This document shows positions 42,119 to 53,210 of a DNA stretch of 64,000 bases, piece by piece; the stretch's first letter is position 1, and every line of letters starts with the position of its first letter. The stretch lies in IMG/VR virus record IMGVR_UViG_3300023174_000066; one strand, written 5' to 3'. The stretch comes from an uncultured virus (IMG/VR IMGVR_UViG_3300023174_000066) (lineage: Duplodnaviria; Heunggongvirae; Uroviricota; Caudoviricetes). The notes under the pieces were generated by a model. It had not been told where the DNA came from and made no database searches. It saw only the letters and a list, made by a program, of their open reading frames with translations. The position numbers and the translations under genes were made by a program.

Positions 42119-45100
42119 GAGTATCCACCTGCCATTCTGTAACTAACTCAAGATCAATCATTTCGGGGAAGGCTGGGCTATTTGGAACTTGAACCTTAAC
42201 ACCGTCGACGCGCCTAACAATTACATCCTTACGAGGCTCTAAAATACTGTTCATACGCTGTCTGACAAAATTGTCATTGACAATCAAAGAACAATAGTCT
42301 CCAGGATAGTATGTTCCTACTTCTGGCATAAGAGACCCGTTAACAGTAATAATGAAATCTCCAATCGGGGGTTTGGACTCTCTTAAGAATCTTTCTGCTG
42401 TTTTGTGCATATCTGCCTCTGAGTCATAGTTTCCCCAGTTGTCGACATTAATTTGATTGACTCCGACTAGCGGCCATTCAACTTTTTCTACTCTATCAAG
42501 AACTGGCCACCCCGAGTTTAAAAGGAGTGTGTCCGATGCAGCAGAAAATCTAGACCCAGCTCCAGCCCCAAGATCAGAATTATTCCCGGCAACAAAAACT
42601 CTAGTTGCAGACTCATTAGCACTTTCTGAAAAACTAACATTTTGAATATTTCCAGGATACTCGAATACCAATCTATCTGCACCAAAAGCACTTACTGGCG
42701 CATACGTTCCACGCTCTAAAACTCCGTTAGGTAGGTTTTCCAAATAATCTTTGAGAGTCTCAGGGATTCTAGGTATAAGCATAAAAGTTCGTTTAAATAT
42801 TTTTTTATTGTCTTGACCCTCAACTAAATCGCAATCAATTCGATAGTCAAAACCATCACGAGTGTTAGTGTATCGCTCTAGGTGCTCCGCTACAGAAACT
42901 AAATCACTTCCACGAATAACGTCATTAGGGAATTGAGCATTGCTGTACTCATTAGTAGAAAATTCTAGTCCACCTATATTTGAGTTCTCGGGGAACTCCC
43001 CGTAAGTGCGGGCAAGTGCAACCGGAATTTTACGAACTTGAGGGCCTATAGCCACGATACCGGACGTCGCAACATTGGCAACAGTCCCTGTTGGAGAGCT
43101 GGACAAGGCTGTATACGTAAAGGTGTTATCAGTTACGGCTGTTAATTTGACTGATTCATTGTTATTACGGAAAGCTTTGTACGCCTTGTCATAAATATAT
43201 GTAGTTACAAACGTTCCAACATCAAAGCCGTGGTCCCGTGAAACCATTGTAACAACATTGCTAGAGCTTGCTACAGCACTAATTTCTTCTGTGTTTGCTA
43301 AAGCTGAATAGTTTAAATATGCAAAACCTACGTTTGCCCCAACGGCTACTGTTGAGTACGCGTATCCAGCGCTGGGGGTAATTGCGGTAGTGATGTTTTC
43401 TGTGTCAAGATCATATGTAAATGCCGTAGTGTTGGTGATTGCCTTGATTGTTTTAATGCCGTTAAATGTGTCAGTAATTCCAGAAATAGATACAGATTGT
43501 CCAGCAGCATATTCGTGAGCCAAACTAGTAATTACGGTAGCAATTTTATTTACAACGTTTGCTCTACTGACTGCTCTGTATCCAAAAGTGGAACCAGAAC
43601 TTGTATATTCAAAAATATTATCTTCAGCAAGAGTTATATCAGAAATAGCATTAGAATTTTCAAAAGAAGAGAAGGCAACGTTTGAAAATTCTAATGATAC
43701 AGGGTCACCAACATTCAAGTCGTGATCAGTAGAGTATGCTCGAGCAGTGTTTCCTTTTCTAGAAATTCTTTCAATACTAACCTCAAGGGTTGGGATAGTC
43801 CCAACCTTAGTTTTTACTCTAGTAATTGACCCACTAGTTTTAGATGTACCGATGTTTTTTGTAGGGAGATCCTCGGTGTTAGAAGGAAGAGAGTACGACA
43901 GCTCATCAACGTCTTTGCTTACAGATTTTACTGTAAAAGTCCCGTCATAGACTTTATTTTTAAGGTCAATTTTAATTCTATCTCCAGGGACACAGTTATG
44001 TCTACGAGCAGTAGTTATAGTGACTGTGCGTTTTTTCTTTCGATAACGGACGTGACTGACCTCAATAGTGTCGTCTGGCTCCCTAATTACGCCATACTCA
44101 GGCATGTCAAAAGTAAACCACGTAGATCCATAAGGAATAACTTCTACAGATAGGGCCGTTTTACTGACATTAGCCGTGGTTCGTGACAACGTGTACTCAA
44201 TCCACGAATCTCCCGAAACTGCGTCTTCTGGGTCATAGATGTCCGAAACAACAAACTTACCTGCAACGCTAGAACTTCCAGCAACTCGAATGGAGTCACC
44301 AGGAAGAACCCCGTGAGTGCGATTTAAAAAAACTCTTGCAGTAATGCTGTTAGTAACTTGATAGTGGGTAGATGTCAAAACATCTATTGACAGAGTTCCT
44401 TCAGAGGTGTCAAGATCAACTATCTTTTGGTACCCATTATATACAGGCTTAGTCCAGTCAATACGATCCACACCTTCAACGTATACGAGATCTCCTCGCT
44501 CAAAAGAATGAATTGATTGAGTGTTAATTTTTAGTTGATTGAGCGGTGTTGCTAGCACTGCAGTATTCTGTCTAGGAGAATCAACCTTTAGTCTGCCGCC
44601 TCCAGCACTTTTAATATCATTCTTGTTAGCTGTTAAGTTAGGCTGGTAGTATTTAAAATATGTGTCAGTGGCATAGAGGATACTTACTGGAATATCGTTA
44701 TTGTTTAAGTTAGGATATTTTTTAGATTTAACTACAACTTTGTCTGATTTTTTAAACCCGTGCGGCTCAGAAGTCCACATCCACACGTATCCATCTACTC
44801 TTTTGACAAACCTAATTGATTTTTTACGAGTAGTTGAGATTTGACGAGAATCGACCAAAATAGAGTTTGTTGCGACTGGCGCAAAAGCCACGTTAGGAAC
44901 AGTAATTGACCCGGTTGCAGAAGTTTTTGCTACATCAACCCCTGAGCTGTCATAGCTGATACTTTTTTCAGTAACTTCAGTAATTGTTGCAGTTGAATCA
45001 AAACTATTGTCACTTGCATTGATAGTCACAATTTGTCCAACTACAAATGGATTTACTTGAGTGGACGCGGTTTCAGAGGTATCAAAATATACAGTTGCAG

Positions 45101-46067
45101 TGTCGTCGGCATCAACCCGAGAAACATGCGTAATAGCTAGGACTGGAATTATGTATTTAAACTGCGTAGGAGTAAGAACTTCAGAGACAATCTGAGTTCC
45201 GCAGAGTGCTTTGGTAATATTGAAAATTTCTACAACTTGACCTTTAACTAAGCTGTGCGCACTTTCTGTCGTAATAGTTACAGCATTATTAGAGGCTCCA
45301 ACTTCTGTAATTACGTTAGGCAATCTAATTCCAGGAGTAATTGTTTCGTTTGCAAATTGAGTATCTTTAAAATCAACTAATACATCTTTTAACATCTCAC
45401 GAATATACTCATAAGTATCGACTCGAGCCGACACTGTCACATTGGTATATGACCCAGAAGATGCAGGGAGTTTAGGGATACTCACCCAAAAAGTTGTTTG
45501 AGTCGGGTCTTCAAAACTACTTATAGGGTAGTACCCGCTGTACTTGACCAAGTCAGAGTCGGAAAAACTTATGTAAACTTTATTAGCGACACCATTGTCG
45601 TCTTCTAAATCTAGAGGCTTTTTTAGAATAGAATTTTTAATTGTGACTTTTGCATATCCAGCTTTAGTTGTCTTAAGAACCTCTGCCTCAAATTTAAATG
45701 AGTACGTTTTCCAGATGTTTCTGTGAGACAGGTAGCTAGTAAACTCTGCCGCAGATACCGACAAAGCTCTGGCAACTAAGTCATATGTTCTGCCCCAAAT
45801 AATTCCGCCCCAAACACAGACACCATTTCTAACCACATAAAGAGCAGTTTTACCAGGAAGAGTGCTGTTGTACAGATCTAAATCGTCAGTCTGACCTGAG
45901 ACTGTAATTGAGCCCTCAAAGGCACCAAAGTCTTTTAACTTGCGCTCATAAGAGACATCTTCAAATGGGATCTGAGCTAGAACTTCATTTGTAATTATGT
46001 CTACAGTATAGTAATCATAACGCGGAGCTGTCTCCGGCGTAGTTGATGCGTATAGGTTGTCTACCAT
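42111..46067 (-). CDS. Minor tail/baseplate hub protein with many inserted beta-rich repeats
   Basis: LYVVRNG.CVWGGIIW; FEYPGNI, GWPVLD; position after Dit; repeated T...H....GD.V motifs. Confidence 0.8.
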   Translation of the reverse strand: MVDNLYASTTPETAPRYDYYTVDIITNEVLAQIPFEDVSYERKLKDFGAFEGSITVSGQTDDLDLYNSTLPGKTALYVVRNGVCVWGGIIWGRTYDLVARALSVSAAEFTSYLSHRNIWKTYSFKFEAEVLKTTKAGYAKVTIKNSILKKPLDLEDDNGVANKVYISFSDSDLVKYSGYYPISSFEDPTQTTFWVSIPKLPASSGSYTNVTVSARVDTYEYIREMLKDVLVDFKDTQFANETITPGIRLPNVITEVGASNNAVTITTESAHSLVKGQVVEIFNITKALCGTQIVSEVLTPTQFKYIIPVLAITHVSRVDADDTATVYFDTSETASTQVNPFVVGQIVTINASDNSFDSTATITEVTEKSISYDSSGVDVAKTSATGSITVPNVAFAPVATNSILVDSRQISTTRKKSIRFVKRVDGYVWMWTSEPHGFKKSDKVVVKSKKYPNLNNNDIPVSILYATDTYFKYYQPNLTANKNDIKSAGGGRLKVDSPRQNTAVLATPLNQLKINTQSIHSFERGDLVYVEGVDRIDWTKPVYNGYQKIVDLDTSEGTLSIDVLTSTHYQVTNSITARVFLNRTHGVLPGDSIRVAGSSSVAGKFVVSDIYDPEDAVSGDSWIEYTLSRTTANVSKTALSVEVIPYGSTWFTFDMPEYGVIREPDDTIEVSHVRYRKKKRTVTITTARRHNCVPGDRIKIDLKNKVYDGTFTVKSVSKDVDELSYSLPSNTEDLPTKNIGTSKTSGSITRVKTKVGTIPTLEVSIERISRKGNTARAYSTDHDLNVGDPVSLEFSNVAFSSFENSNAISDITLAEDNIFEYTSSGSTFGYRAVSRANVVNKIATVITSLAHEYAAGQSVSISGITDTFNGIKTIKAITNTTAFTYDLDTENITTAITPSAGYAYSTVAVGANVGFAYLNYSALANTEEISAVASSSNVVTMVSRDHGFDVGTFVTTYIYDKAYKAFRNNNESVKLTAVTDNTFTYTALSSSPTGTVANVATSGIVAIGPQVRKIPVALARTYGEFPENSNIGGLEFSTNEYSNAQFPNDVIRGSDLVSVAEHLERYTNTRDGFDYRIDCDLVEGQDNKKIFKRTFMLIPRIPETLKDYLENLPNGVLERGTYAPVSAFGADRLVFEYPGNIQNVSFSESANESATRVFVAGNNSDLGAGAGSRFSAASDTLLLNSGWPVLDRVEKVEWPLVGVNQINVDNWGNYDSEADMHKTAERFLRESKPPIGDFIITVNGSLMPEVGTYYPGDYCSLIVNDNFVRQRMNSILEPRKDVIVRRVDGVKVQVPNSPAFPEMIDLELVTEWQVDTRG

Positions 46068-46097
46068 ATGTCCTCGTAATCGTCTCTACGATCTATT

Positions 46098-47723
46098 CTA
46101 CCCTAGCCAGCCGGACTTGTATTTGACATTTGCGGAAACTGGAGTGCCAGCCTGCTTCTCAATACGGATAGTGTTTGCACCGGGCTGGAGCCTGATCCAG
46201 TCAATATCAGCATCTAAAGTAGATCGAGCAGCATCAGGAAGTCCTCGATAAAGAACTGTCGTGTTGTACGTATCAATCTCAAGCGAATCTGAGTATGTAA
46301 GGTTTGCAGTAGCTAGGTCAGATGTCGAAGCGTACTGAATAATCGCGTAGCCTTCATAGACGGTACTTACATTGCTATAAGTCTTTGTATACTCAAAGTA
46401 GTTAGTACTTGCAGCAGACACGGAGTACGTTCCGTCAAAAGGAGTGCCAAGTCCGTAAACATAGACAGAGTTTGGAGCAAGGAATCCATGACTCGGTGCA
46501 CAGACGTTTACTGTATTGTTAATGAGAACTGCGTTGGCAATTGCAACTCCTGGGTCTAAATAGCTTACAGTAGTGGCTGTTGTTTCGTAGACGGTCTTAG
46601 TTCCATTTGCCGTTGGGACTCCAAGATTTGCTACAGTAATTGTGTCCCCAACAATAAACGAGTGGGCAATGTTAGTAGTTAGTGTAGTTGTTTGAGCAGT
46701 GCGAGCAATTGTTGTAACATTTGCGCTTAGGGTATTTGCTCTTAAGTTTTTCACCACGCGAATATTTTGGCCGGTAGTAATATTTCTAATATAGGCTGGG
46801 GCCGTCATAGGGCCAGTGATTGAAATTGTAACGGCGACGTTCGTTGTTCCGCTGTTTGTGACCGAGACGCTGCTTGTCCCGCCAATATTGTTTACAGCAG
46901 CAGATAGGTTTGCAAGCGTGTAGCCGTTATTTGCGTCATATTGCGAAGATAAAATCACATAGCCATTTACTGTAGTAGTCGTATCTGATGCAGTGTTGGC
47001 GTACGTAAATGTTCTACCCTCTGCGCCGACAGTGTCGATAGTGTGTGTTCCGTTAAACGGGGTTCCTAAATCAAAAATTGTAATTGAATTGCCAACGCTA
47101 AACCCGTGAGCAGCGCTGGTTGTGACCGAGACAACGTTGTCTCTACGGAAAGCTCTATCAATTTGAGTGCTTCCACCGTTCCAGCCGTACTTGATAGGAT
47201 CTCCGGATCTAAGCGGGACACTAAACTCAATCTTTCCTCGAGCATTGATGTTAGTAATAGTGGGCTTACCAACCATACGAACATACGCTGAACGCATTGG
47301 CTCTTCTTTTACCCGAAGCCAGACGCCCTTATAGACAATATCCAAAGCACTTAAAAGCTCTTGACGAGCGTATGGTGCAACGGATTTTGAGGGAGGAAGA
47401 ATTGTCCCTCTTAGCGTCATTTCTCGAGCAAGCCAACGTCCACGGACGTCATACGATCCGTCGTCAAGGCCACGGGGAATGTTAGGAACTTCGGGGGCCG
47501 GAACTTCCCACCAGCCTTCAATGTCCGTGCACACCCAAATAGTGTTGTATGTGCTTGACGCAGGGTTAGTGTCAATTCTATTAAGAACTAGATTTCCAAG
47601 AATTACGTCTCTTTCAAGTTTGAGGCCGGTAATGTAGGGGCGATCGTATGGGTCACCAAATTTAGGCTTAGTAAGGGCCTCATTGACTAGTGTCAGTTCT
47701 TTTTGTTCGTTATATTCAGTCAT
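46098..47723 (-). CDS. Distal tail (Dit)-like protein with inserted repeats
   Basis: IEGWW..P, DG.Y..., R.MTL.G, DPIKY, I.GP...., W..L.PG.N. Confidence 0.8.
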   Translation of the reverse strand: MTEYNEQKELTLVNEALTKPKFGDPYDRPYITGLKLERDVILGNLVLNRIDTNPASSTYNTIWVCTDIEGWWEVPAPEVPNIPRGLDDGSYDVRGRWLAREMTLRGTILPPSKSVAPYARQELLSALDIVYKGVWLRVKEEPMRSAYVRMVGKPTITNINARGKIEFSVPLRSGDPIKYGWNGGSTQIDRAFRRDNVVSVTTSAAHGFSVGNSITIFDLGTPFNGTHTIDTVGAEGRTFTYANTASDTTTTVNGYVILSSQYDANNGYTLANLSAAVNNIGGTSSVSVTNSGTTNVAVTISITGPMTAPAYIRNITTGQNIRVVKNLRANTLSANVTTIARTAQTTTLTTNIAHSFIVGDTITVANLGVPTANGTKTVYETTATTVSYLDPGVAIANAVLINNTVNVCAPSHGFLAPNSVYVYGLGTPFDGTYSVSAASTNYFEYTKTYSNVSTVYEGYAIIQYASTSDLATANLTYSDSLEIDTYNTTVLYRGLPDAARSTLDADIDWIRLQPGANTIRIEKQAGTPVSANVKYKSGWLG

Positions 47724-47725
47724 AG

Positions 47726-50700
47726 TTACTGCGCACCAGTCTTCTTATATCCCAAATCTGTTATAAACTTTTTATCAATATTGATGTTCACGACGGGGGC
47801 GGGGGGAGGGGGAACCGGCTTTGTGTTTTTTGAAATCGTGTCTAAAAAGCTATTTGTTTTTGTAAAACTTGAATCTTCAATTTTGACAGTATTGTCTTTT
47901 GGAGAAATTTTTACGGGAGGTGCAATATTTGTTGTCGTTCCCATAGGATTAACTGCAGCTGATCCAGCCCTATTAACCAGCGGGTTAGTGGATATCAGCC
48001 TTGCTCTGTCTGCCGCTTCCTTAATCCTAGCTTCGGCAATTTTTGTCTGCTCGCTACGGAAGTTTAAGTTTTGGACATCAGTTGCCCTCGCTGCGCCTGT
48101 CCCCGTAACAATCCTACCCTCTGAGTCAGTCTTGAATGGGCTAATTACCTTGGCCCCACCTTTCGACCCAGAAAGAGCAATCGCCACAGCAGAAGCAATT
48201 TCTTCTGTTTTTATGTCTCCGCTACGAACATTCCTACTACTAGCGGCAACGTTTACAGCACTTTGAATAAGGTTCTGAGCCGCACGGCTGTTTGGGTCTG
48301 CTAGTGTTTTGGTTACATCTGCACCCCCCTGGGACATAAGTTCACTAATAATTGCTTTAATTCCTGAAGCACCGAGATTTGCTCCTGCAGCAACTGACGT
48401 ACCTGAAATATTTCTAGCTTCTTGACGTAATCTTTCAGTCGCTTCAGCAGCTTTTTTAGGGCTTAAGCCGGCTGCAACAAAACTTTCACCAATTTCTTTA
48501 GTTTTTTCTATAGTAAGTAGTTTAGCTTTCATGTCATTTGCTTCAATAAGTTTAATTCTGTTTAACTCAGCTTGAGCAGTGATGTTAGCGCCTTCAATTG
48601 CACCAGCAACAACACTACCAAGGCCGGCAAGGCCACTGATAATTAGCCCTGGAAGTCCAGGAATAAACGATGTAAACATTGAAACAGCGCCCAAAAGCTG
48701 CGACGTTGCGCCCTGCATCGGAATTCCAACTTGAGTTGCAATTAGCTGAGGCAGCCCCAAGGCAAGAGATGCGCCAACACCTCCCACTATAGCGTTCCTT
48801 TTACCTCCAGGAACAGGATCTCCGATCCCGCCTTTGCTTAGCGCACCTACTGCAAGAGCGTTACCTGACGCTCTAACTCCTGCAGTCAATGCAGGTAGAC
48901 TGGTGGCCCCCTTAAGGCGGGCTTTATCGAGCTCCATATTTAGTTGCTGCAGCTCTAAAGTAGTTACATTTGCAGATCTAGCCATTTCCAATAATAATTG
49001 TTGGTTTCTTGATGCAGATGCTGAAAAAACAATTCTTTTCATCTCTTGGTTTGTTCTAACTAGAGCTTGAGTAAGAGTGCTTCCTTCTGTTCTTAGTGTC
49101 CTAAAATGAGACCTCAACGCTGTAATATTTGCGCTAGCCTTAAATACGGCTGCGCCCATTCCACCAACAGCAATTGCTGATTTTTCAAAAATGCCAAACA
49201 TAACCATTCCAGCTTTTCCAAACAAGAATGTGATAGCAGTGACAGCCAGAATTACTGCGTGGAACCTACCAAGAACATCGAGTAGTGGCTTTATTGTTTG
49301 CAAGAATCCAGTTAAAGTTTCAACAATTGTTGCAAGTGTGTCCATAAAAATAGTAAGAGCTACGGAATCAGAAATTGTTGCAAAAAATTTAGCAATAGAG
49401 ACTACTAATCTGGCAAACGCAGGGCTAGCCCCAACACCATCTGCAAAAAGTTTACGAAGGGGGGCGACAGCTCCTCGTAGAATGAGGAAGAAGTCTTTAA
49501 GTTCTGGCCGGTCAGCAGTGTCAAGAAGAATACCAAGCAGCTGTCCAATAGTGCTAAACGCAATAGTGGCAGTCTCTGTTGTTGTTTTAAGCCACTGAGC
49601 AAACCCAGTTGAGCCTGTAAACATTTTAAAACCTTCAGCAATTTTTGAAAGCCATTGAAGTATTACTCCACCTGCACCGGCATTTACATCACCACCCGGG
49701 AACGTTGCATTGATAATGTTTTTGATCCCGTCAAAAACTTTACCAAAAACAGCCCCGAGCCTAGCTGCAACTTCTCCAGAAAGATTGAAAAATTTAGTCA
49801 AAGACCCATCAGCAAGTCCCGACTTGGCCCACGATTCAAATCCTCGAGCAGTGCTAGTCACCCACTCAGAGAAACGCTGAGTCATAGGTGCTGCAGCACT
49901 TAATACAGCTAGCATTCCGCCAAAACCGGCAGAGACCGAGTCACCAAATGATTTAATAGATGGTACAGAGTCTGTAAAAAACTTATTAAGAAGCACTAAA
50001 TTCTCTGGATTAGTGAATCCTTCAGCAATAGTTTTCATTGCCCCGCCCATTGCAGAGCCAAGAACTGTCATTCCATTCTTAAGAGTGGGGAGCATTTTAT
50101 TTGTCACTAAAGCGACAGCTTGCTGTAGCGGCCCTAAGAATGCATCAGCAGCTGCTTCCTTAAGCTCTCTATATTTTGGTTTAATACTAATTAAGTACTC
50201 AGCAAATTTTCTTTGAGATGCTGTTAAAAGATTCATAGCCTGGTTCATTCCACCAGGATTATTTCGTTTTATAATTCCAGCTACACCTTCGGCAGCTTGT
50301 TTTGCCGTAAGCTCATTTCGAGCTTTTGCTCGTCTATAGTTTAATTCCGCTTGTTGGTACTGTAGCTCTGTCTCACGTCTAAGTCTACTGTCCGGGGGTA
50401 GATCTTGAACTCTAGCAAGCTCTTCACGAGCTCTCTCTAAGTTAAGAGCAGCGTCCATTTCACTAAGGGCGGCTTCTTCAGCATCAAACTTAAGGCCTTG
50501 AAGTTCTCTACGAGCTTGAGCAAGTGCCCTAGTGTATGCTGTTTGAGCCTGGGTGCTTTGGCTTACAGCGCCCATAATCCCCTTCATTGCAATACTGGCA
50601 ACCATAAATCCAGCCCCAACACCAGCCGCAGCCCCACCAAGAGCCACTAAAGATGAGATAGCAGCTCCGGCAACACCGACAAGCCCCATCAAACCACCAA

Positions 50701-51460
50701 CAAGTGCTCCAATAGATGCAACTACAATAGAAAGTGCAGTCTGTAGCAAATAGCCAATACGTTGCATCTTATAGAGAGAGTTGGCAGCTCGCTCAGCGCT
50801 TGATTTCACTCTGTCAATTGAAGCGCCTGCAATACCAAATCCTCGAGCAAGTTTTTGAAGAGCGTTTTCATCTTTGTGGAATTTTTGACCGATTATGAGG
50901 CCCTTTTCAAAACCACGTCTAATGTTTTCAGCAACACTTCGAGTCATATCTCGTCGGTCTAGTCTGTCCGCAAATCTACTGTGCTCGTGAGCAGCGCGAG
51001 ACAGGAATCCTTGGATGTTTCCTAGTTCTTTTTTAGTTACCTTTTCGCCCCTACGAGCCCGCTGCTCTGCCTCTGATCCAGCGTAGTCGTTGAAAGCCGC
51101 AATTCTATTACGTGCCTCAACGTTTAGGATTTTTTCAACATTTTGTAAATATTTGAGTCTTTTTATTTGCTTTTTCTGCTGCGACTCATCTGTTGCGCCC
51201 ATTTCAGCAAGTTTAGCAATTTGCTCTTCTACGGCTCCGACTTGGGCTCTTGCAGCCTCTAACGCTTGATTTACTTGACGCTTAGACATCTTGATTTTAT
51301 TTTCTTCAAGCTTTAACAAATTATCAAGTAGATCTTTGTGATTCGTTTCTACTTCAATGAGTTTTTCAGTAGCTTGAACAGCCTGACGCAGGTCTTCAGC
51401 CGCTTTTTGGGCATTTGTAGTGACTTGGATAAAAACGTCACCAATTCTCTCACCAGCCAT
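47726..51460 (-). CDS. Tape measure protein
   Basis: 1244 aa, Ala/Gly-rich helical, follows the tail chaperones. Confidence 0.9.
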   Translation of the reverse strand: MAGERIGDVFIQVTTNAQKAAEDLRQAVQATEKLIEVETNHKDLLDNLLKLEENKIKMSKRQVNQALEAARAQVGAVEEQIAKLAEMGATDESQQKKQIKRLKYLQNVEKILNVEARNRIAAFNDYAGSEAEQRARRGEKVTKKELGNIQGFLSRAAHEHSRFADRLDRRDMTRSVAENIRRGFEKGLIIGQKFHKDENALQKLARGFGIAGASIDRVKSSAERAANSLYKMQRIGYLLQTALSIVVASIGALVGGLMGLVGVAGAAISSLVALGGAAAGVGAGFMVASIAMKGIMGAVSQSTQAQTAYTRALAQARRELQGLKFDAEEAALSEMDAALNLERAREELARVQDLPPDSRLRRETELQYQQAELNYRRAKARNELTAKQAAEGVAGIIKRNNPGGMNQAMNLLTASQRKFAEYLISIKPKYRELKEAAADAFLGPLQQAVALVTNKMLPTLKNGMTVLGSAMGGAMKTIAEGFTNPENLVLLNKFFTDSVPSIKSFGDSVSAGFGGMLAVLSAAAPMTQRFSEWVTSTARGFESWAKSGLADGSLTKFFNLSGEVAARLGAVFGKVFDGIKNIINATFPGGDVNAGAGGVILQWLSKIAEGFKMFTGSTGFAQWLKTTTETATIAFSTIGQLLGILLDTADRPELKDFFLILRGAVAPLRKLFADGVGASPAFARLVVSIAKFFATISDSVALTIFMDTLATIVETLTGFLQTIKPLLDVLGRFHAVILAVTAITFLFGKAGMVMFGIFEKSAIAVGGMGAAVFKASANITALRSHFRTLRTEGSTLTQALVRTNQEMKRIVFSASASRNQQLLLEMARSANVTTLELQQLNMELDKARLKGATSLPALTAGVRASGNALAVGALSKGGIGDPVPGGKRNAIVGGVGASLALGLPQLIATQVGIPMQGATSQLLGAVSMFTSFIPGLPGLIISGLAGLGSVVAGAIEGANITAQAELNRIKLIEANDMKAKLLTIEKTKEIGESFVAAGLSPKKAAEATERLRQEARNISGTSVAAGANLGASGIKAIISELMSQGGADVTKTLADPNSRAAQNLIQSAVNVAASSRNVRSGDIKTEEIASAVAIALSGSKGGAKVISPFKTDSEGRIVTGTGAARATDVQNLNFRSEQTKIAEARIKEAADRARLISTNPLVNRAGSAAVNPMGTTTNIAPPVKISPKDNTVKIEDSSFTKTNSFLDTISKNTKPVPPPPAPVVNINIDKKFITDLGYKKTGAQ

Positions 51461-51473
51461 GTTTTTTCACCCC

Positions 51474-51902
51474 CTATCCCAGTGGTTGGTCGAGAATATC
51501 GCCAAAAGGGCGCTCGACATTGTTAGTAAGTTCCGTAGGTGGAACGTAGGCTTTTGCTTGCTTTACTCGAGGGCTGAATGGCTGAATTGGATCTTCAACT
51601 TCTTCAGGTTCTTCGATAGCACTGTCGTCAAAGTCTTTGACGCCTTCTTCTTTTCTTTCAGAGTAATACGCATAGTCGACGTTATACATGTCTTTATAGA
51701 TCTTGCTTCTAAAAACGTCTTTATACTCGGCCTCTTCAAAAGTCGAGTATCGGTGATCTTCCTCAAAAAAGAAATGGAGTACGTCTAGCATGTCAGCTGC
51801 TTCCATCTGCACCAGACGTAATCCATTTACTATTCCTTTACCGTTTACGTATGGCCATACGTTGAGGCCCCACGCTAGGAGGCCTCGGACTGCTCCAAAG
51901 GG
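51474..51902 (-). CDS. Tail assembly chaperone C-terminal extension, reached by -1 frameshift
   Basis: The -1 frame is open from just before the slippery site (PFGAVRGLLAW...) to the stop at 51474. Confidence 0.75.
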   Translation of the reverse strand, partial: PFGAVRGLLAWGLNVWPYVNGKGIVNGLRLVQMEAADMLDVLHFFFEEDHRYSTFEEAEYKDVFRSKIYKDMYNVDYAYYSERKEEGVKDFDDSAIEEPEEVEDPIQPFSPRVKQAKAYVPPTELTNNVERPFGDILDQPLG

Positions 51903-52216
51903 CGTTCTGTGTACTCCTCAATAAGCCAAGAAGTAATATCAGTTAGCGTTCCAATTGAGACAATTTTGTCTTTGCCATTGATTAGTTTGTTGAATCTTTC
52001 AAGACTTTCATCCATAAGGACCGCTTCAAAAAACTTAATAGTTGTAGCAGAAGACTTTGCTGGGTCGTCAGAGGACGAATCTGCAATAAGATCAAGAAGA
52101 GTCTTTCCCTGCATTACAGGAATACATTTAAATTCTTCTCCATGAACTTTAAAAACAATAGGTTCGCGTTCGCCTTCTGGTGAGACGTCGCTGCCAAAAT
52201 CCTTAAATCTAGCCAT
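51875..52216 (-). CDS. Tail assembly chaperone
   Basis: Position upstream of the tape measure gene; ends WLIEEYTERP. Confidence 0.85.
   Translation of the reverse strand: MARFKDFGSDVSPEGEREPIVFKVHGEEFKCIPVMQGKTLLDLIADSSSDDPAKSSATTIKFFEAVLMDESLERFNKLINGKDKIVSIGTLTDITSWLIEEYTERPLEQSEAS
51896..51902 (-). other. -1 ribosomal frameshift slippery heptamer C CCU UUG
   Basis: In-frame X XXY YYZ near the chaperone 3' end. Confidence 0.75.
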
Positions 52217-52258
52217 CGTTATTTTCCTTCTTTCATTCGTGTTTGTGGAAATCTGTTT

Positions 52259-52699
52259 CTACAGATATAACCATTTTACATTGTTTGAAAGGAAGCGATT
52301 TGGGCGATTGCCGGGATGGTTGACAGATCTGCGAATAATTTTAGTCGTGCCCTTAGAGATATAAGCCATATCTTTAGGTTGGTTTGGCGAAAAAGCTAAT
52401 GCTCTTTTGCCTCTAGGGCTAATTTTATGCGGTTTAGTTCCTTTATGGACATAGACAGCATAAGGAACATTAAATGTTCCAATTCTAATAGTTTGACCTA
52501 TAGTCGGCAAAGTTTTGTGCCCAGAGACTCTAATGCTTTTCTTCAGTCTTCCTGGAATTCCCCTATTGCCACCCCTACCAACAGGAGCATCTCTTCGAGC
52601 ATAGTGAGAAAATCTGCGAGCCCTCTTTTGAAGATCTAGCCCAACCATGCCATTAGTTTTAAAAAGAATAATTTCAACTTTTTGACCCATTGTAGGCAT
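52259..52699 (-). CDS. HK97 gp10-like head-tail/tail completion protein
   Basis: APV...GRLKKSI, YAVYVH.GT.PH.I, V.HPG..PN.FL. Confidence 0.8.
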   Translation of the reverse strand: MPTMGQKVEIILFKTNGMVGLDLQKRARRFSHYARRDAPVGRGGNRGIPGRLKKSIRVSGHKTLPTIGQTIRIGTFNVPYAVYVHKGTKPHKISPRGKRALAFSPNQPKDMAYISKGTTKIIRRSVNHPGNRPNRFLSNNVKWLYL

Positions 52700-53193
52700 T
52701 AAGGGACCGCCAGAGTCAAGTCCATACTAACGATCTGAAATCCGCCTTCTGGCTCTATAATATCTAGACTGGCAATAACACCGAGACCGTAGCTTCCGTC
52801 ATCCCACTGATCAAATAGATACAAAGATTGCATCAAAACCCACGCATCAATTGAAGATGCATATGACGCGTCTTCAATCTTTTTTCCTGATGGCGGTTTA
52901 CCGTTTTGTCCAACTACCGGAAAATTACGTGCAATACTGATAGTAACAGTGGCAGTTCTGGGCATGTTACATCTAGTTGGCTCATTAACGGGCTGCCCCG
53001 GTGCGCCAAGGTACATAGAATTTAGAGAAACAACAAGCTGGTCGCAATCAACGACAGCAGTCCCCATTGTCCAGTATTGACGAGCAGGCAGTGGAACATT
53101 GTACGATTGATAGACGTTACATACTTTTTCAAGGATGCCGTCTAGCATATTTTTAACATTTAGCGCATCTTTCGATACTTCTGTAATGTCCAC
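52699..53193 (-). CDS. Tail terminator-like protein
   Basis: Synteny; DC.QL.V, EGG near the C terminus. Confidence 0.6.
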   Translation of the reverse strand: MDITEVSKDALNVKNMLDGILEKVCNVYQSYNVPLPARQYWTMGTAVVDCDQLVVSLNSMYLGAPGQPVNEPTRCNMPRTATVTISIARNFPVVGQNGKPPSGKKIEDASYASSIDAWVLMQSLYLFDQWDDGSYGLGVIASLDIIEPEGGFQIVSMDLTLAVP

Positions 53194-53210
53194 TACCTAC
53201 CGCCTATCTA

